This document shows, one piece after another, positions 59,716 to 64,000 of a DNA stretch of 64,000 nucleotides (the first letter of the stretch is position 1; every line of letters starts with the position of its first letter). A program made the translations under genes and the position numbers. Under the pieces are notes generated by a model, which was given only the letters and a program-made list of their open reading frames with translations, had not been told where the DNA came from and searched no databases. The stretch is from positions 323,995 through 387,994 of the forward strand of contig JAFWDK010000010.1 of NCBI GenBank assembly GCA_017513085.1, written 5' to 3'. This DNA comes from Clostridiales bacterium. GTDB taxonomy: Bacteria > Bacillota > Clostridia > Saccharofermentanales > Saccharofermentanaceae.

Positions 59716-59782
59716 ATGGTACTATAGGACATGCTTATCGTCTAATCCTAAAATGTGATATTCAGTTATAACTTTCGCTTAT
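59716..59782 (-). promoter_or_regulatory. Candidate LysR-activated promoter of the lanC-like gene
   Basis: TAGACG-N17-TACCAT (59744-59716) with the dyad ATAA-N7-TTAT (T-N11-A core, 59768-59782) centred about 66 nt upstream of the predicted start site. Confidence 0.5.
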
Positions 59783-59803
59783 AGAACAGAGGTGAAACAA
59801 AAC

Positions 59804-59831
59804 AAAAAAAGCGTCCCCAAAAAGGGACGCT
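59804..59831 (-). terminator. Intrinsic terminator of the hydrogenase operon
   Basis: AGCGTCCC / GGGACGCT with a T-run on the minus strand. Confidence 0.82.
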
Positions 59832-59856
59832 CTCTTGTTTTTAACTCATCACAACA

Positions 59857-61626
59857 TTAGTCTTCGATAACAGAATCCGGATAGATTTCTCTCTTCGCAT
59901 ATGTTGTATGCAGGAGTTCGTGAGCCAAGTGACCATTCGGAGCACCGAGGAACTCTTTATAGAGTTTGTCAACCTGCTCATTCTTATGGCTCTTACGCTT
60001 CGGCATGATCTGATCTTCCTCATAGAGAGCCTTTGCACGCTCAGCACGGATATCAATATCCATAAGCTTCTGTGCAGGTACCTGAGGCTGACCACCACCG
60101 CAAACACATCCACCGGAGCAACCCATGATCTCAATGAAGGTATACTCAGGAGCAGTGCCGGCCTTGATCGAATCAAGGAGCTTTCTAGCAGCAGCTGTAC
60201 TGTGGGCGACAGCTACACGGATGTTCTTACCACCGAGGGTGAGCTCTGCTTCCTTAATATCAGCATCTACGCCACGAACTGCCTTATATTCGAACTCAGG
60301 CAGATCTTTTTCTTCAAGAATGTCAGCAACAGTACGAACTGCAGCTTCCATAACACCACCGGTTGCACCGAAAATAACCGCTGCACCAGTGTACTCGCCG
60401 AGAAGATCAGCATCCGGACCTTCATCCGGGAGAGAATTGAAATCCATACCGGCCTGACGGATCATGCGGGCCAACTCACGTGTTGTGATAACGATATCTA
60501 CATCACGGAGGCCATCAGCATTTACGAGCTGCTCACGAGCTGCCTCAGTCTTCTTGGAAGTACAAGGCATAACAGAAACAACAACGATATCCTTAGGATC
60601 CAGATTATTCTTCTGTGCATAGTATGACTTAATGATAGCGCCTTCCATCTCGTGAGGAGACTTACATGTCGAGAGATTCGGGATGAACTCAGGATAGTAG
60701 AATTCGCAGAAACGGATCCATCCAGGAGAGCAGGATGTGATCATCGGGAGAACTCCGCCGTTCTGAATACGATTCAGAAGCTCTGTACCTTCTTCCATGA
60801 TCGTAAGGTCAGCACCCCAGTTTGTATCATAAATCTTATCTGCGCCAAGTCTTCTCATAGCAGCAAACATCTTGCCTGTAGCACGTGTTCCGATCGGCAG
60901 ACCGAACTCTTCACCGATAGCTGCACGAACAGCCGGAGCAACCTGCATAACAACATGCTTACTCGGATCATTGATAGCTTCCCAAACCTTATCAGTCTCT
61001 TCTTTTTCATGCAGAGCGCCGACCGGGCAAGCTACGATACACTGACCACAGTAGATACACGGAGCATCTGCCATGGAAATGTCGTAAGCCGGACCAACAG
61101 AAGTACTGAAACCTCTGTTGAGGAAAGAAAGAACACCGATGCCCTGCTTCTTACAAGCAGAAACACAACGACCGCACTTGATGCACTTGCTGCCATCGCG
61201 AACGATGGAGAAAGACTTATCATCATAAGTAGACGGGCTCTTCTCACCTTCAAAAGTAACCTTACGGATACCATATTCTTCAGCCAAAGTCTGAAGTTCG
61301 CAGTTCTTGTTACGGATACAAGCAAGGCAGTCACGGTTATGATCGGAAAGGATCATCTCGAGAGTAGCTCTTCTGGTATCACGAACCTTCTTGCTGTTTG
61401 TATGAACGACCATACCTTCGCTTACCGGCATAACGCAGGCAGCTGCCAGAGCACGGGCCTTCTCAACTTCAACGAGGCAGACGCGGCAAGCGCCAACTTC
61501 GTTGACATCTTTTAAGTAACACAGGGTTGGAATCTTCACGCCAGCTTGTTTTGCTGCTTCAAGAACGGTGTAGTTCGAAGGAACCTGTACCGAAACCCCA
61601 TCAATGGTTACATTGACCATATTCAT
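59857..61626 (-). CDS. hydA: [FeFe]-hydrogenase catalytic subunit (group A; HydA/HndD)
   Basis: N-terminal [2Fe-2S], His-ligated and two [4Fe-4S] motifs; H-cluster motifs TSCSPGW, MPCTSKKTE, EIMGCSGGCVCGGGQP. Confidence 0.95.
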   Translation of the reverse strand: MNMVNVTIDGVSVQVPSNYTVLEAAKQAGVKIPTLCYLKDVNEVGACRVCLVEVEKARALAAACVMPVSEGMVVHTNSKKVRDTRRATLEMILSDHNRDCLACIRNKNCELQTLAEEYGIRKVTFEGEKSPSTYDDKSFSIVRDGSKCIKCGRCVSACKKQGIGVLSFLNRGFSTSVGPAYDISMADAPCIYCGQCIVACPVGALHEKEETDKVWEAINDPSKHVVMQVAPAVRAAIGEEFGLPIGTRATGKMFAAMRRLGADKIYDTNWGADLTIMEEGTELLNRIQNGGVLPMITSCSPGWIRFCEFYYPEFIPNLSTCKSPHEMEGAIIKSYYAQKNNLDPKDIVVVSVMPCTSKKTEAAREQLVNADGLRDVDIVITTRELARMIRQAGMDFNSLPDEGPDADLLGEYTGAAVIFGATGGVMEAAVRTVADILEEKDLPEFEYKAVRGVDADIKEAELTLGGKNIRVAVAHSTAAARKLLDSIKAGTAPEYTFIEIMGCSGGCVCGGGQPQVPAQKLMDIDIRAERAKALYEEDQIMPKRKSHKNEQVDKLYKEFLGAPNGHLAHELLHTTYAKREIYPDSVIED

Positions 61627-61666
61627 TTGTTTCACACTCCTTTATCGAATTTAATCGTCACTTGAA

Positions 61667-63475
61667 TTATCTCTTCTTAACAGCCTTGAACTTACAGTTC
61701 TCGATGCAGGCGCCGCACTTGATGCACTTCGTCGTATCGATGGAGTAAGCTACCTTACCAACCTCACCTGTAATTGCATTGACCGGGCACTTCTTAGCGC
61801 ACAGAGAACACTTCTTACAGATCTCAGGATCGATGTAGTATTCTGTAAGACCCTTACATACATGGCAACGGCACTTCTTATCCACTACATGCTCAACATA
61901 CTCCTCACGGAAATGCTTCAATGTAGAGAGGATCGGGTTTGCTGCTGTCTGGCCAAGAGCACAGAGAGAACCATTCTTCAAGGAAAGAGCGACCTCTTCG
62001 AGGGAGTCGATATCCTCAAGTGTACCTGTACCATCAGTGATCTTTGTGAGAAGTTCGAACATTCTCTTTGTACCGATACGGCACGGAGCGCACTTACCGC
62101 AAGACTCATCAACCGTGAACTCGAGGAAGAACTTCGCAATATCAACCATACAGGTATCTTCGTCCATAACGATCATACCACCGGAACCCATCATGGAACC
62201 TGCAGCTACAAGGTTATCGTAGTCGATCGGAGTATCAAGGAGAGATGCAGGAATACATCCGCCGGACGGACCACCGGTCTGAACAGCCTTGAAGGCCTTA
62301 CCATTCGGGATACCGCCACCGATATCAAATACGATTTCACGAACTGTTGTACCCATCGGGATCTCAACGAGACCAACGTTGTTTACTTTACCGCCGAGAG
62401 CGAATACCTTAGTACCCTTGGACTTTTCTGTACCGACAGAAGCGAACCACTCAGCGCCCTTGTTAATGATAACAGGGATATTTGCGTATGTTTCAACGTT
62501 ATTAAGGATAGTCGGCTGTCCGAAAAGGCCCTTAACTGCCGGGAACGGCGGACGAGGTGTCGGATTACCGCGCTTACCTTCGATAGAACGCATAAGAGCT
62601 GTCTCTTCACCGCAAACAAATGCGCCGGCGCCGAGACGGATATCCAAATCAAAGGAGAATCCGGAATCAAAGATATTCTCACCGAGCAGACCATATTCTC
62701 TAGCCTGATCAATAGCGATCTGCAATCTCTTAACAGCGATCGGGTACTCAGCACGGATATAAACATAACCCTGATGAGCGTCGATGCAGTAAGCAGCGAT
62801 AGCCATAGCTTCGATTACGCTATGCGGGTCACCCTCGAGAATGGAACGGTCCATGAATGCACCCGGGTCACCTTCGTCAGCATTACAGCAAACATACTTT
62901 GTAATACCCTGACCTCTGTTGCCGGAAGCAAACTTCCACTTCAAACCTGTCGGGAATCCACCGCCGCCACGGCCACGGAGACCGGAATCGATGATTTCCT
63001 GGATAACGGAATCCGGATCTCTCTTCTCTGTAAGGATCTTACCAAGAGCCTGATAACCGTCATGAGCAATATACTCATCAATATTTTCCGGATTGATGTT
63101 ACCGCAGTTACGAAGAGCAACACGCATCTGCTTCTTGAAGAAATTGCTGTCATTCGCAGATGTATTCTCTGCTGCAGGAGTATCGTGCTTAGCAACCATC
63201 AGGCGCTCAACATAACGGCCCTTCAAGAGGTGCTCGCTTACGATCTCAGCAACATCCTCAGGTGTAACACGATAATACATAACACCTTCCGGATAGATTA
63301 CAACGATAGGACCCTGGGCACAAAGGCCGAAGCATCCTGTCTGAACTACTTTTACTTCTTTTTCAAGTCCCTGAGCCGGAATCTGCTGTTCAAACTGTTC
63401 GAGAATTTTCGCAGAGTTTGAAGATGTGCATCCTGTACCACAGCAAACAAGGACGTGCGCACGAAATAAATCCAT
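61667..63475 (-). CDS. hydB: NADH/FMN-binding NuoF-like hydrogenase subunit (HydB/HndC)
   Basis: GLRGRGGGGFPTG, NADEGDPG, GAFVCGEETAL, ESCGKC..CR.G, C-terminal 2x[4Fe-4S]. Confidence 0.95.
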   Translation of the reverse strand: MDLFRAHVLVCCGTGCTSSNSAKILEQFEQQIPAQGLEKEVKVVQTGCFGLCAQGPIVVIYPEGVMYYRVTPEDVAEIVSEHLLKGRYVERLMVAKHDTPAAENTSANDSNFFKKQMRVALRNCGNINPENIDEYIAHDGYQALGKILTEKRDPDSVIQEIIDSGLRGRGGGGFPTGLKWKFASGNRGQGITKYVCCNADEGDPGAFMDRSILEGDPHSVIEAMAIAAYCIDAHQGYVYIRAEYPIAVKRLQIAIDQAREYGLLGENIFDSGFSFDLDIRLGAGAFVCGEETALMRSIEGKRGNPTPRPPFPAVKGLFGQPTILNNVETYANIPVIINKGAEWFASVGTEKSKGTKVFALGGKVNNVGLVEIPMGTTVREIVFDIGGGIPNGKAFKAVQTGGPSGGCIPASLLDTPIDYDNLVAAGSMMGSGGMIVMDEDTCMVDIAKFFLEFTVDESCGKCAPCRIGTKRMFELLTKITDGTGTLEDIDSLEEVALSLKNGSLCALGQTAANPILSTLKHFREEYVEHVVDKKCRCHVCKGLTEYYIDPEICKKCSLCAKKCPVNAITGEVGKVAYSIDTTKCIKCGACIENCKFKAVKKR

Positions 63476-63477
63476 GA

Positions 63478-63966
63478 TTAAGCCTCCTTATACTTTGCAA
63501 TAATACCGGGAATTTCATCCGGTGTCAGACGACCATATACATCGTCACCGACCATGATAACCGGTGCCAATCCACAGGCACCTACACAACGGCACGCAGA
63601 GATAGAGAACTTACCATCTTTGGTAACATCACCATTCTTGATGCCCAATTCATCCTCGATCTTGTCGAGAAGGGCCTGCGAACCTTTAACATAGCAAGCT
63701 GTACCCAGGCAAACGCTGATCGCATTTTCTCCCTTCGGCTTAAGCGAGAAGAAAGAATAGAACGAAATAACGCCATAAACCTCAGCAACTGATACTTCAA
63801 GAGCATCTGCTACCTTCTTCTGCACAGGAAGCGGCAAATAGCCATAAATTTCCTGAGCTTGCTGCAATGTGGCCATCAAAGCCTTCTGGCCCTGGCCCTT
63901 GTATTTCGAAAGAACTTCATCGAGCTTTGCGCTCATTTCTTCCGGAGTCATTTTTTGTTTTCCCAC
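63478..63966 (-). CDS. hydC: NuoE-like [2Fe-2S] hydrogenase subunit (HydC/HndA)
   Basis: YGYLP, CLGTAC, CVGAC; GTG start at 63966 after SD GGAGGT. Confidence 0.93.
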   Translation of the reverse strand: MGKQKMTPEEMSAKLDEVLSKYKGQGQKALMATLQQAQEIYGYLPLPVQKKVADALEVSVAEVYGVISFYSFFSLKPKGENAISVCLGTACYVKGSQALLDKIEDELGIKNGDVTKDGKFSISACRCVGACGLAPVIMVGDDVYGRLTPDEIPGIIAKYKEA

Positions 63967-64000
63967 AGTTGACTCACCTCCCACATGGTAGGATAACATA

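Noticed and set aside
57743-59856. Lanthipeptide biosynthetic cluster
   Set aside because: Only a LanC-like gene is present; no dehydratase, no Ser/Thr/Cys-rich precursor ORF in the flanking spacers, and no transporter or protease.
61862-63421. 519-aa antisense ORF inside hydB (also 59908-60627 and 60652-61515 inside hydA)
   Set aside because: Same antisense shadow artefact; no recognisable protein features.
1-64000. CRISPR array, IS element or prophage
   Set aside because: No regularly spaced repeats and no cas, transposase, integrase or phage genes recognised; nearly all sequence is explained by identified genes.

Overview
Core chromosomal segment of a Gram-positive anaerobe (Clostridia). 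The cinA-murJ-recA-recX-rimO-pgsA gene order, the DUF4214-type surface anchor, the PPi-dependent PFK and the HydABC hydrogenase suggest a Hungateiclostridiaceae/Saccharofermentans-like gut or rumen fermenter; this assignment is inference. About 54 CDS, mostly on the minus strand. Housekeeping blocks are proC-rnhA-nudF-ftsK-folD-cinA-murJ, recA-recX-rimO-pgsA, acpP-rnc-smc-ftsY-ylxM-ffh-rpsP-khpA-rimM-trmD-rplS, rbgA-rnhB-yraN, aminotransferase-purB-cysteine desulfurase-thiI, glyA-rarA, rpsO-pnp and hydC-hydB-hydA. There are two tRNAs (Trp-CCA, Pro-GGG), L19 and probable S15 leaders, and a LexA box at recA. No integrase, transposase, reverse transcriptase, CRISPR array or prophage was seen, and I cannot point to a clear-cut new multi-gene system. 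The best leads are: (1) a stand-alone LanC-like enzyme with a ProcM-type CCG zinc motif behind a LysR-type control region whose regulator gene seems to be missing; (2) unannotated small ORFs where lepB normally sits; (3) a recurring post-stop GCAC..GTGC-TTTT(C)GAAA mini-hairpin; (4) a long stem in the pnp leader; (5) a khpA Shine-Dalgarno separated from its start by a hairpin. All calls come from reading motifs by eye; no database searches were run.
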